Counted from the first letter of the stretch, positions 1 to 12,453 are shown. The stretch: 64,000 nucleotides of DNA from Bigelowiella natans CCMP2755 (GCA_000320545.1 ADNK01001197.1:124001-188000), one strand, 5' to 3'. Translations and numbers: made by a program. The notes: generated by a model from the sequence alone, not told the origin.

Positions 1-1176
1 CCTCCCTCCTCGTCTCCCTCATCCTCCTCGTCATCCTCGTCCACATCGTTGTCATTATCATCTGTACCATAGTCCTTTGGATTGTTTTCTTGGCGAAGAG
101 AAGCACTATCAGAATCATCTTCTCCCGCCTCCTCTTCCTCCTGCTCATCATCTTCCTTGCCCTTTCCACCGGCTTCTTCTTCATCTTCTTTTACTTCACC
201 CTCTTCCTCCTCCTCATCATCATCTTCCTCCTCCCCATCATCATCTTCACCATCTTCCTCCTCCTCCTCCTCCTCCTCCTCCTCCTCCTCGTCATCAACA
301 TCATCATCATCTTCTTCTTCTTCTCCTTCTTCATGCCTTCTCTTTTCGTCCTTATCCAGAGCTTCTGCCTCCATCATGTCCCTATTATCGTTCTCTTCCT
401 TTCCTTCGATACTTATTTCAATGTTGTCGCTGTAAAGGAGCTCTATCACCTTTTCCTCTCTCTTCTCTTCCTCGGTCAAATCCTCCTGGTGGGTAAGGAG
501 ATCAAAGACAGGGTTCAGAGAAACAAAAAGGTAGCCCGATTGCTGAGCTAACAGCTCAGTAATATACAGGTCTGGATAGGAAAAACGCTCTGAATGATGG
601 CATTATCATCTACCTTCCTCATTTCACCAGCGTTCATCAATAGGTACTGAATGAGAAGAAAAGGGTTAGGGGGAGAGGGAGAAAAGATAAGATAGGAGAG
701 AGGAAGGTCAATGCTTCGGTGTAATAGTGGCTAACGTGTGTGCCAGCACATGCCTCGTTACACCACTAACAGCGCATAGCAGTATAGTATAAATATCAAA
801 CAATTCGCAATATTTGTTCCTGTGCACAACACCATGTGTCATTGTATATAGTAGGTCGAGAGATTATTTGCATTTAATTTCTCCTATTATTATTTTTACT
901 ATTCCATCATCATCACAACATCACTTATCCATCCACCTGCCGATCCCCGTCATCGTTTCCCTCGAAGAATGCATCGTATACTTCATAGGGATCTCTGATG
1001 TGAAGGGTGAGTTTTTTTGGGGGGGGGGGGGGAGAAGGAGTGGGGAGATTGGCAAAATTAGCGGGATCGTTGCGTTGGACACACTCGTACACTACAGGCA
1101 CATGTGCACAAACACATTTAGACGCATAATTAGCATACAACTTTTGAACAGCCATTTTCATTCCATTCGATCCTTA

Positions 1177-1213
<37 letters not shown>

Positions 1214-1499
1214 TGTTTATTTCACTTTCTCTACTATTGTAGCCACCTGTCAAATACACTGCTCTCTTGGTAGTCTTCGCTTTCTTTGGTTTCTACAATA
1301 ATAATAATAATAATAATAATAGCGAGGCAGTTGCATGTCAGTCATGAGGAGGAGGAGGAGGAGGATAACAACTAATACTTCATACTTCCTACTTTCATAG
1401 CCATGAGTATCATAGATACGCTTAAGTTCGGCGTCCTAATCGGTAGTACCAAGATGCAAGTAGAAGCGATGAGTACTGTGATGATATGGTGGCAATGGT

Positions 1500-1531
<32 letters not shown>

Positions 1532-2650
1532 TGATGATGATGATGACGTTGATGGAACATGGGGCAGAGAAACGTGATTAAAGCTACCTTAATGTGATAA
1601 ATGTGACTCATTCGAATGAAATTAATGCGCAGTTAATACATTTATTGCATGCATCACAAACATAACAAACACGAATAACGAGAACTTCTACCTTTAGGAC
1701 TAGGTAGGCCACTGTTAGATCATAGAATAAAGCTTCCCTCCTCTTCATGTTTTGCTAAACAATTCAAATTTTATCCTCAGGTACTGCACAATTTCGTCGT
1801 TTCGGATTTGTGATATAGGTGCGCAGGAATAATATCACAGAGGAGATAACCAAGCCTTTTCACAGTTTTATTAGGTTTGTATCTACCAGAACTTGGGGAT
1901 TCTGCTCCTCTTCCATTTGGCCAACTTCATAGTTTGGACATGCGTAGACTACCCTCCTACATGCAACACATTACTGCTGTAAACCACCATCGTGCTACTG
2001 AATATAGGTGATTCTTATGATAATTCTTTTGCAGTAGTACTTGTGATATGCCGTCCTCACTCTGTCTGGATTTGCTCCTCCTGGTGATAAGCCAAGTACC
2101 TGGCAACCCAACAACCCTCAGGGAACAATAAATACACGACGATTGATTCTTGAAACAGGCCACATGAAGACGGAACGTGGTTCAACCTTATAGAGATCCT
2201 TCGAGTCATAACTCTGCACTGCCTCACGAATAACTTTACTTTCCAACTCTTTTTGCATATTTTCCCGGACTAATCAGCACAAAATAGAAGAAGGAAAGCA
2301 ACTGTGAATGAACAGCAACTCCGCAAGATTTAGAGAGGCGCACACCTGTTTGGACCAAAACTCGAAACCGGGCATCCTCTCTCCGAATCTCCTCGGGTGC
2401 ATCACTGTTGCCATTTTTGCCGTTTGATGTAGGTTTGCACTTCATCTGTGCAGCAATCATGTTTACTTGCAACCCACACCATGCATGCGTAAGCCCTAAA
2501 AGTTACCTTTCCAGCCAATCCAAGCTCACTCACAAATTTGTCAAATTCATCCATGGTGTCTCCTACTGTTCTAGTTTGCAGAGAGGGGGTTTGGTGAGAT
2601 GCGATGAAGTTGTTCAGTTTATGCCAGAGCACATCGCCTTCGAGTGACAA
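1..2650 (-). CDS. Multi-exon DnaJ/J-domain-like protein with acidic low-complexity C-terminal region (3' end runs off the window; 5' end unresolved)
   Basis: Hand-spliced GT-AG exons give SYDSKDLYK|VLGLSPGGANPDRVRTAYHK (exon 2041-2099), EALFYDLTVAYLVLK|DAELKRIYDTHGYE (about 1690-1760 and 1395-1440) and R|DPYEVYDAFFEG (about 940-990). These match J-domain helices and the following DPxxxFxxFF motif. Positions 1-470 read as E/D-rich on the minus strand. No HPD motif was found. Confidence 0.6.
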
Positions 2651-2759
2651 GTCTGTGTCGTCTGTTCCTGTTCAAATCTAGAGGTAGTAGTTTGGTTAGA
2701 CACAGCAGTACTAGTCACAGGTTTGGTAATATTCTGCTTGATTTTTTACCTATTTACTC

Positions 2760-4100
2760 AAATGCAATGATGACGACAACAACGACACTGACATCAGTGA
2801 ACATGTTGGAACAGTGCCTTCAAATCTTGGAAGAATTCCGCACACTGATGTTCCTTCCCATTGACGTGGAGTGGGGGGGACATGGAAATTGTTCTTGCCT
2901 TCTGCCATGGCTAGCTGGGGACCGAGCCCGACCCAATCGTGTGTGACCAAGCCCTGCATTCCGGGTTGACGGTGCGCATGCGTCACTTGCTTGCCCATCT
3001 GAGGCGCGCCCAACTTTTCGGCAGTGCCAGTGCACACACGCCTGAAACGAAGAGGAAAAAGAAAGACGTTCTTCCCTCGTGGTGCTGCGTGCTGACATGA
3101 TGTCCGACGTAGAGTTTCCACGTGTGTACGCAACACTGGAACAGCACATGGCGTCGAAACGTGAACGTTCACGTTCTCACGCATGGAACACTCCGATCCG
3201 GTGCCTTCCAGCTAGCCAGCCTTTTTCCGGGTCACGCGAGTCACCTTTGCAGGCTTCAAACAGCAGCCGAACGGCCGGTTCAAACGCACACAAGTGACTC
3301 TCCGCCACACTTTGAGTCGTGCACGCTGCTAGGCTGGCACGCAACTCCAGGCTAGCAGGATTGACGACCGACTGACCTGACCAACTTCAACGTGAAACAA
3401 TCCCTTGAATTTCATTTCCCACCATCGCATCCAGGGCACTTTGGCTCTGGAAACTTTTTGCAAGTAGCCATGCAGCTAGCCAGGCTGGTAGCAGTGTGCG
3501 TGTTCAGTTTGACCGTGCCATCACCCTCATCTAGCTAGCTAGTCATGCACGCACGCGCAACTGGTCGGAGTTCCAGCAGGCCTTGATGAGTGTGGGAAGT
3601 GCTTGGTGCATCAAGCTAGCAACAAGTTACAAAGTGAGTCACTTCAGCGGGACGATGCGCGCATCGCGTGCAACGCATTGATCATGTCAACCCTAACGCA
3701 GCTAGCCAGCCAGCCGCGTTGTTATGTCGAGATGTGTGGCAGATCTAGAGATGCAGCAGCTAGCTAGCTAGAGCAGTAGGCCGGTTCGCTGCGTGTGCCA
3801 TGCCGCCGCCATGCATCCATCTACAGGCCATGCATGGCTAAATGGTGAGCACGTGTCACATTATCATCTCTAGATCTGGTCAACATCATTCGCGATGCTC
3901 ACTGTTTTGTTTAATTTTGTTGCGCTATAGCACTTTTTTGCTCAACTGTTTGCTCTGCTCACAGCATCGCATTGCACGGTATGCTACGTGCGCACAGCGT
4001 GCTTACATCTTGTGTCGTGTGTAGTGTGCATTCGCGCTACCATGCTCTAGTGCTGACAATGACGACGTACTTGGTCCATCCACACACACGTGCATGTGTG
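2760..4100. other. TpA-depleted domain (2760-3460) with CTAG/CATG/TGCA-rich halo (3460-4100)
   Basis: Only a few TA remain in 2760-3460 (CTAG at about 2911, 3212, 3329, 3352; GTAG about 3109; GTAC about 3126). It is followed by GCTAGCTAG arrays and dense palindromic tetramers. Confidence 0.85.
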
Positions 4101-4233
4101 TAAACAATAACTCTGTAATTCTTGCTTCCGTGTAGAATCAGTCGTCTTCATTGCAGTACATTGTAGTTTTCTTTCATCCCTACAGCAGCTCAACAGAGCA
4201 GAAAATTTGGACACAAAATCTATACCTTGTGGG

Positions 4234-6090
4234 TCATGAACGCATTTTATTTACCGCATGCTGTATAACATCAATCGCAGCCATATCCTCGATGGTTCCT
4301 GGAATAGGAATATCAACACCATCAACTATTCCACGAATATTTTTCCGAAGTACTTTGCCGCTTCTTGTTTTCGGGAGCACATCAACATGGATAAGTTCCT
4401 TCAGAGTAGCAATTGGTCCCACTTCAGAACGTACTTTTTGCCTGATTTCAGCGAGAATTTCTTCTATCGAGTAGCCAGCTGTACCTTTGCCACCATCAAA
4501 TGGGTCGTCGGAAAGAACCACAAATGCGACTGGAACCTGCCCTTTAATTGGATCTGATGCTCCGATAACTGCCGCATCATTCACGGATGGATGAGCTTTT
4601 ATCACTGCCTCAATCTGTCCACTCGAAAGCCGATGGGCTGCAACATTTATCACATCATCTGTGCGCTCCAGGATGGTCACGTACCCATCCAGATCAATAA
4701 CACCAGCATCACCAGTCGAATAATATCCAGGAAATTCCTCGAAGTAGTTTAAGTATCTTTTTTCGTCGTTGTAAAGTCCAGAGAATGCTCCTGGGGGTAA
4801 AGGTAATTTGAGGGCAAGATGGCCTTCTGTCCCATTTTCTAATTTCTCTCCCTTATCGTTGAGGACTGTGACATCATAACCAGGAAGTGGAAGCGATGCT
4901 GAACCTGGGCGAGTACCGATATCATCATCTTGTAGACCACATATACACCATCCAGTTTCCGTTTGCCACCAATTGTCAACTACTCGTACTCCTAGGAGGT
5001 CTGCGAAATGCATGCTTGTACTTGGATCACACCGTTCACCTGCAACAAACAGGCTCGAAATATGTGACAAGTCATATTTCTTGCTCTCCTTTCCATGAGG
5101 GTCTTCTTTTCGAATGGCTCTTAGTGCTGTAGGAGCAGTAAACATGTTCCGGACATTGTACTGCTCTGCGATTCTCCAAAATGCACCTGCATCGGGCGTT
5201 CCCACAGGCTTTCCTTCGTACAAGACTGACGCGGAGCCATTCAAGAGTGGCCCGTAAACAATATAACTATGACCAACAACCCAACCTACGTCAGATGCCG
5301 CCCAATATACCTCCCCAGGGCGAGTTTCCATGAGATGTTCCATTGACCAACGAAGTGCCACACAATATCCACCAGTATCTCGAACGACACCTTTAGGTTG
5401 GCCTGTACTTCCGCTGGTATATAAGATATACAAAGGGTCATTACTATCGACAGGAACGGGGTCTGCTGGGGATACCGTAGACATCAGTTCATGCCAATCA
5501 TAATCTCTTCCTTGGATCAAATCGCATTCTCCTTGTGGCCTTTGCTTAATTATGCACTTCTCGGGTGGTGATGATGAAATCTTGATTGCTTCGTCAAGTA
5601 GAGGCTTATACTCGACAATCCGAGAACCTTCGATACCGCACGATGCACTTAATACTACCTTAGGGCTTGCGTCATTAATGCGAACCGCGAGTTCTTTTGG
5701 AGCAAAACCGCCGAACACAACAGAATGAATAGCCCCTAGTCGCGCACAAGCGAGCATCGCTATGACTGCTTCAGGAATCATAGGCATGTAAATGACAACC
5801 CTATCACCATGTTGCACCCCAATATCTTTTAGCATCCCTGCTGCTCGAGCCACCTCATCCCTGAGCTCACGAAAACTGTATGTGCATGCCGTGTTGCTGA
5901 CGGGCGAGTCATAAATCAGCGCAGTGTCGTCACCTCTGCCCCTATTTACGTGGACGTCTAGACAGTTGAAAGAAGCATTAAGCTTTCCTCCTGGGAACCA
6001 TTTGTAAAATGGTGGATTCGAGTCATCCAGCACCTTGGCTGGCTGCTCGAAAAACTCAATGTCCTTGCTCGCCTGATTCCAAAATTCCAT
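4234..6090 (-). CDS. Acetate/propionate-CoA ligase (AMP-forming acyl-CoA synthetase, PrpE/ACSS3-like); frame stays open about 100 nt further upstream, start uncertain
   Basis: 618-aa ORF with the AMP-binding motif YILYTSGSTGQPKGV, plus WWQTETG, YSTGDAG, RTDDVINVAAHRLS and LPKTRSGKVLR. The N-terminal DPMEFW...GGKLNASFNCLD is typical of acetyl-CoA synthetase-family enzymes. Confidence 0.95.
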   Translation of the reverse strand: MEFWNQASKDIEFFEQPAKVLDDSNPPFYKWFPGGKLNASFNCLDVHVNRGRGDDTALIYDSPVSNTACTYSFRELRDEVARAAGMLKDIGVQHGDRVVIYMPMIPEAVIAMLACARLGAIHSVVFGGFAPKELAVRINDASPKVVLSASCGIEGSRIVEYKPLLDEAIKISSSPPEKCIIKQRPQGECDLIQGRDYDWHELMSTVSPADPVPVDSNDPLYILYTSGSTGQPKGVVRDTGGYCVALRWSMEHLMETRPGEVYWAASDVGWVVGHSYIVYGPLLNGSASVLYEGKPVGTPDAGAFWRIAEQYNVRNMFTAPTALRAIRKEDPHGKESKKYDLSHISSLFVAGERCDPSTSMHFADLLGVRVVDNWWQTETGWCICGLQDDDIGTRPGSASLPLPGYDVTVLNDKGEKLENGTEGHLALKLPLPPGAFSGLYNDEKRYLNYFEEFPGYYSTGDAGVIDLDGYVTILERTDDVINVAAHRLSSGQIEAVIKAHPSVNDAAVIGASDPIKGQVPVAFVVLSDDPFDGGKGTAGYSIEEILAEIRQKVRSEVGPIATLKELIHVDVLPKTRSGKVLRKNIRGIVDGVDIPIPGTIEDMAAIDVIQHAVNKMRS

Positions 6091-7195
6091 TGGATCTGCT
6101 TTCCACTTTTTGTGTAGGCGCCGACTGACGGGTTCATTTGTTGCGCTCTCATATAAATTTCTTCTCCCAAACTTTCGTAGTATCCTAGTGATTTCACATT
6201 AAGAACGAACATGATTTTTAAGAGGATACCGTAAACATGTAGACTTTTACTACTTGAATTTGCAAGAATGAAGGAATCTAAAGAACCTTGATTGTGTATT
6301 AAAGGCTAATCCAAACACTCGTTGACAGCCTTGCAACCTTGAACGATTCATTTACGTGCAATGGACCGATCACCTGCATAAAGTAAAGCAATAGGTATTT
6401 GTCTCGTTCCGCGTGCGTGGGATTTTAACATGGCGCATAAACATCTGTACAGTAGATTGATGATGGGACAATAGCAAATCATTAAGTACACCTTCTGCTC
6501 CTGCAACGTGCGTAGTTCTAGTAAATTTTATCCTGTTTCGCGTGAATCGAATCTCGGCTCATCCGAAACAAAACCTTCACAAAGGCTCCTCCCGCAGGAC
6601 CTATGTGTAAAAAACATGGCGTTTTCATATTGCGTCAACCAACTATTTCATTCGGCTTACTCAACTTGGGATCCGATCTAGGCTTTGTCGGAACAGAGAA
6701 TGTAAGCTTCAGAAACTCCCGTGAGACTCTCTGAAAAATCACAACAAACATGTAAAAGAGGACGCTACTTTTCTGCGACATGAAATAAGAAAAAGAAATC
6801 TGAAATTACCTCGATGTTATTTTTTACATTATCTATGTACAGCCCGAAATAAACTTTTTATCCCCGAAAAAATCACCTTTATACATGTTACATGTATCTG
6901 AAGCAAATGACAAAAAGTCTATTATTTTGTACCATGAGGGGCTGTGTTTTGCTTCAGACCATAACATCTCAGACTTCCAAAAGGTACCCTAGCTTAAGAG
7001 ACAGAATCTCTCTTAGTTTTACATCATGCAACAACTGTTATTCAATTACCCATTCTACTTAGGCATAATCGACTAAAATTACACTATCATTTTAAACCAA
7101 GTCTTTTACACTTATTTCATTACCTAAGTGGCTACGGCTTCCATCTCCATTGCAGCCATTCTTTAAAGCCTTTCATCGAGGGGGGATCCTCAAAG

Positions 7196-8154
7196 ATGCG
7201 GTATCTCCCTACGCCGGAGCTCCAGGTGGAATAGAGAATAAAAACCTGAAATTCTGGAAATCATGTCAGCAATGGAAATTTAGAATTTAATGTTTTTGTA
7301 ATTAGCATTTCACATCAACTTGCTTATCGGACACAAGTCTTGGAGAACTCATAGTACAAGGATTCATAGAAGCTTATCAATGTAAGTGAAGTAATGTTTC
7401 TGCATAAACTTTGATCTCATTCCATTCATTTTTTATTTTAGGCAAGGCAGATAGAAGCGAGGTGAAACTCTTCAAATCAGTAAAGAAGAAAGTTGAAAAG
7501 CTGATTTCAAGTTCGCCGACTACTTTTACAAAGAGAATGGCATCCTCTCCTTTGGGTCCAATAAATCACGCATCGACGATACAGTTACTTGTACAATTGA
7601 TATCAACAATGAACTCGTCACTACCCGATCACGATTTCAGGTTCAATATTACTTTAATGTCAGTTTTCATCCTCACTAATTCATTCTTTTCCAACAGCAA
7701 TCTTCAGGCATCAGACTTCTTACGAGTCAACAATATAGATCTTGTTGTCAACAAAATTAATGACTACCTCCTAAACCATTCTCTGGAAGCAAAATACCAC
7801 GGAATACGAAAAAGATTTTGGGACATGCTGGATAGCGTCGTAAATTTGAAGAAATGCGATCTTTATTCGTTTGTCCCCGACGATGAATCAGAAGTTTTCG
7901 GTTCGGGTCAAGTTTGGACCATGAATTTTTTCTTTGTAAACAAATCTGCGAAGAAAATCGTGTTTTTTGCATGTTCTGCAAGTCGAAAATTCCGTTACAA
8001 TCCTGCGGAGGTTATCACAAAAACCTTAAAGAAAGAGGTGGAGAGTTTTGAAGAGGAAATCTTCAAAGTGGAGGTTGATACCCCCATGCTGACATCGATG
8101 CCAAAAGGACAAAAACCTACGGCCATGAGTCTCTCCGAAGCTTGGTTAGCTTGA
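7196..8154 (+). CDS. MAF1: MAF1, repressor of RNA polymerase III
   Basis: Exons 7196-7225 (MRYLPTPELQ), 7306-7381 (HFTSTCLSDTSLGELIVQGFIEAYQ), 7442-7640 (CKADRSEVKLFKS...LISTMNSSLPDHDF) and 7698-8154 (CDLYSFVPDDESEVFGSGQVWTMNFFFVNKSAKKIVFF). All introns are GT-AG and the frames join. The motifs match the Maf1 A/B/C boxes. Confidence 0.92.
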
Positions 8155-8175
8155 CAGTTAACCTATTTTAGCAGT

Positions 8176-8226
8176 AACAACGTTAAATAACACCTGGTTT
8201 TGTCGGTTCGACTCCGACCGTTGTTC
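8176..8226 (+). ncRNA. tRNA-like mini-element (acceptor stem + T arm, no D or anticodon arm) just after the MAF1 stop codon
   Basis: AACAACG (8176-82) pairs perfectly with CGTTGTT (8219-25). GTCGG-TTCGACT-CCGAC (8202-18) is a perfect 5-bp/7-nt T arm contiguous with the 3' acceptor strand and contains the B-box GGTTCGACTCC. The connector is only 19 nt. Confidence 0.5.
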
Positions 8227-8389
8227 AGTGAAAGATGACTTCGATTTGAATGCGGACTAGTGTCTCATTTCTGATAGTTTTGATTTCAAATTATCTTGCT
8301 TCGTTATGTCCGGTGTTTTCCTACCCGGATGAAGCCAATCTGTAAAAACATGTATCAATTTAATTTAGTACAGTCAATCTACTTAAAGA

Positions 8390-8900
8390 CACATGCATAC
8401 GTACTGTGTGCTACGTCTAGATGTGATCGACCGACGAGCTAAATCACCCATTCCCACTCTCTAGATTGATGTGGACATCTAGACTTCCCTAGCTAGCTAG
8501 ACCCGCCTAGCCGCGCACATGCATCTCTAGATCTGCTTGTCTAGTAGTGCATCTTGCGTGATGCTTGCTAGCTTATGAGTGGAGTATTCCATCGTAAATA
8601 GCCATGTGAAGCGCATCTAGGCGTGTGTAATGCAACAGCAGGATCTAGGCAAGCTAGCTAGTACGACGTTGTAACGTCATGACTATGGAATATATAACGT
8701 GGTGATCGATGTGTGTACGTCTAGCATGCTAGCTAGATCGATATATACACATATACGATACGATGCGATGCGCGCCTGTGCGTGCACATGCTAGCATGTC
8801 CTATAGCTAGCTAGATGTCTAGGCGTGCACAACAACGTGTGTCATCTAGTCATGCAGGCGCCCCGCTCCCGTCATCCGACTCTCTAGACACTTATTAATT
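8390..8900. other. CTAG/CATG/GATC-rich island with (GCTA)n arrays
   Basis: Repeated ctagctagctag, tctaga, gcatgc and atcgat. It lies between the 3' ends of MAF1 and the MFS gene. Confidence 0.8.
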
Positions 8901-9999
8901 ACAACAGCCAAGCAAGGCTAGAAGGTGTACGCACTCGCGCTGTTGGGTGATGCACAATGCACATACTGTGCCCTTCGTGTCCATGATGTATACATAGTCG
9001 GATTGGCAGGGTGCACGCTGCTGCCATGTGTCCCCCAGCAGAGCATAGCCCGAGGCCAAGCTGCAAGTAGTTGATGGCTTTGTGGAATGATGCACTCATG
9101 GTCCATGACCATGCTTACTATCGTTCTCCGATGAGTTGTACTTGCGATACTTGGCGTTTGCGCTTCTTTTGAGCAACAACCTAGCCAGTCCTTCACGATT
9201 AGCGCGTTGGAACATTTCGCTGCTTGATCTGCTGTGACTTCTCGAATCCATCAATTTATAGTAAGAATAGCCCTTCTGAGATGCAAAAGGAATTGTGAAA
9301 CAGCCACTTTAGCTGATTGATTGAGAAGAGAAATAGCTCAATAGTTAGATAGCGGTAAGGCTGTAGCACATGGAAATACTTTGACTCGACCCTAGAAAAA
9401 AAAGATTTTATAAGAAATTTACCCCACTCCTTTCAGACACGTTTGGCTGATCTGAGAACCGCAGCTGGGCTGATAACTCTTCCAAACTCTGTGGGTAGAC
9501 ATTACGAACCATTAACGTCACTGTCTGCTTCTTCGTGTCGTCCTCATATGAAGATACATCTACAACGCAATACTACCTCCAGTGTTTTAGCTTCGCCTTC
9601 GAACCTGCTACGTTGGTCAAAGAATACAAATATACAGATGCCAGACGCAGCAGCGCTACACAGTAGCAAGAACACCTTTGATATGAACGGAAAACAAAAA
9701 GAGAGTTAGAGTGAGTTCCACCAGCCGTTCAGAGAGACTTTAGTTTGTATGATACCGTTCCTGTTGAAAGGGAAGCAAACGTGGATGCACGACTCTGCAA
9801 CACGAACAATGTCCACCATAACACACCACCTAATCCGCATCCAACGGCACTACAAAGTAACACGAGGGAGGAGCAGTGAAACAGTTAGAGAGAGTTTAAA
9901 ACAACGTTATGGTGTAAATCGCCTTGATAAGCAGCCACACGATGATGATGGATCAACCATGCAGCAACACTACCATCACCATCAAACTATTTCTCTTCT

Positions 10000-10888
10000 C
10001 TATGATCCCCCCTTAGTTGTTACCCACCGTAAATTGTAAGGAAGCATCTCGGGCAAGTAAATCCACACCATCGGCCCAAGACTGCAAGATATCGCCGTTG
10101 CTAATACCAGCTGTAGGAACACATATTTTAACAGCATATATAGGAACACATACTAACATTCTTCCTAATTCCACACCATTGATGCGATTGCCACGTTCCA
10201 TGTAGAATTGGTTTGTGTGTGTGTGTGTGTGTGTGTCAGTGGTGTGTGACCTGGAGAAAGCTGAAGTTGGCCGTAGCTTGCTCTACTGCAATTGTAGTGG
10301 AGGTAGCACTTGAAGTAAACAGCCAACCATGGAAGCTGGCCCCATCACCGGCAATGAGAGAGAACGCTGACACGCCAGCAATGGTTGCCAGAGAAGTGAG
10401 AGATATGATCTTTCGCTTCCCTGGGGTATCCAGGAAGAACGACAACGGCACCAAGGCTAACACAATTCAAACACACAGTGCATCAAATTTGAATCCAATT
10501 TCTAGTTTTGAGTCAATTATGCACGACGATGAACGACTGACGAAGTACGACGTGTATCCTATTACCATTACTACTACTACTACTACTACTACTACTACCT
10601 ATAGATTGAATGATGCCGAACAAGAGGCACGGATTGTGATTCAAGACTTGACATAGGGAAGAAGGAATAGCATCTGACGCTGCTACTACTGGATCTTGAA
10701 AGCTGCCACCCTGGTGCTGCTTAGCATCTCTCCATCGCATGCCACCTTTGGGTACTACAACTACATCTGCTGCTCCTTCTCCGGGAAGCATTAATGATAT
10801 CGAGCAGACGAAAACGACGTGCTACCGATATAATTAATAATGTTTATTGGTCATTGTTTATGGAAAATTATAACTCTCCCATACCCTG

Positions 10889-10927
<39 letters not shown>

Positions 10928-11156
10928 GCTACCACCTGAAGGAGAATAAGAGCCAATCCCAAGATTATCGAGAAGGCAGCTGGCTGATTACCTAGTTCTG
11001 GTTGATGGCACGGTACCGAGTCAGAGAGGTATAAAGGCATGTGTTGGTGTGTTGGCTTACTCGTAGTGATATTGTTGATGTTCTTAATACTACCTTTAAC
11101 ATAAAACTGCTTCCATTTCAGGGCAACGTTCTGGATTTTCTCCATAGCAACTGCAC

Positions 11157-11191
<35 letters not shown>

Positions 11192-11594
11192 TATTATTAT
11201 AGGAGATAGGAAAGAAGCACAGGGCAAAAGGTCGGAATAACGACGATGGGGTGGAAGGTGATTGATTGTTAACACCAATAGTATCCTCTGTGACTCTTGC
11301 AGAACGATCCTCCAGGTATTCCAACACATCACCCACCCTTGTTGTTACAATCAACATCAGAGCGTTGGAACTACGACGAGCTCAAAGTCGCCATTTCATT
11401 CTCGTTGGAGATAGATGGTGAAAATGGTAAAAAAACACCACGTGTGAGATACAGTACAGCATGTTCCATTAGTTAGCACTACGTTTCTCTTCCGATTTTC
11501 TCATTCACAAATAGCCAGCGTGGAGATTCCGGTAACAAGGCTGCACACGAGAAAGGCAGCATTTTGTTACACGACAAAGACACGTGAAGATGAA

Positions 11595-11637
<43 letters not shown>

Positions 11638-12419
11638 GGAAGAGGAACTGTACTCCGACAATCCTTATTTTGTAGTACACAAGAAGTAGTAGTAACATGT
11701 GTGTCGTTGGAATAAGCAGGCAAGGTAGCAGTAACACTACGGATGGCACCAATGAAATGAAACCACCAGTGAATTACATATCATTGCACCACTATTCCTA
11801 CTGAAGCTACTATTACAACAACAACAACAACTACTACTACTACTACTACTAGCAACACACCGTTTCCTATGGTGCATAGAGTAGCAACAATGGCTAAGAT
11901 TCCAGACATAACCCTCCACGGGGCATATTGGATGATAATGCTGCTATCACCATTATTGTCCAAGTTGGGCAGATTCTCTGTCCCGGAGGAGTGGTGATCT
12001 GCACTATCTCCCCCCGCTCTAGCCCCTCCCCATCCTCCTCCTCTCGCCACCCCCAACGATGCCCACCAATGAGTGCGACCATCAGCACCGAATTCCCTCA
12101 AGTAAGCTGCGGAGCCGATTAGCAGCCAATTTGATAAGGCGTGCACGGTTATTACTCCCAATGCCAGAAACAACTTAGCAGCAGTGGAAGAAAGAAGAAG
12201 AAGAAAAAAAAATTTATCAATTTTTTTTAATCAGCAACGATAGAGGGGGGTGGGGATGTGTGATCGAGAGCAAACATGGGCATTGCAAGGATTGGTGTTA
12301 CTGTGAGAAGGGCCATCATTTTCCCCCTATGGTCTGGGCGAGATATCTCACTGACGTAGACTGGAACTGCAACACTTAAAAGCCCACTTCCAGCGCCAAT
12401 TATGATTCTTCCACGCATT

Positions 12420-12453
<34 letters not shown>

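Noticed and set aside
77-551. Plus-strand poly-Ser/Pro/Leu ORFs
   Set aside because: These are antisense readings of the GAG/GAT-rich acidic region on the minus strand.
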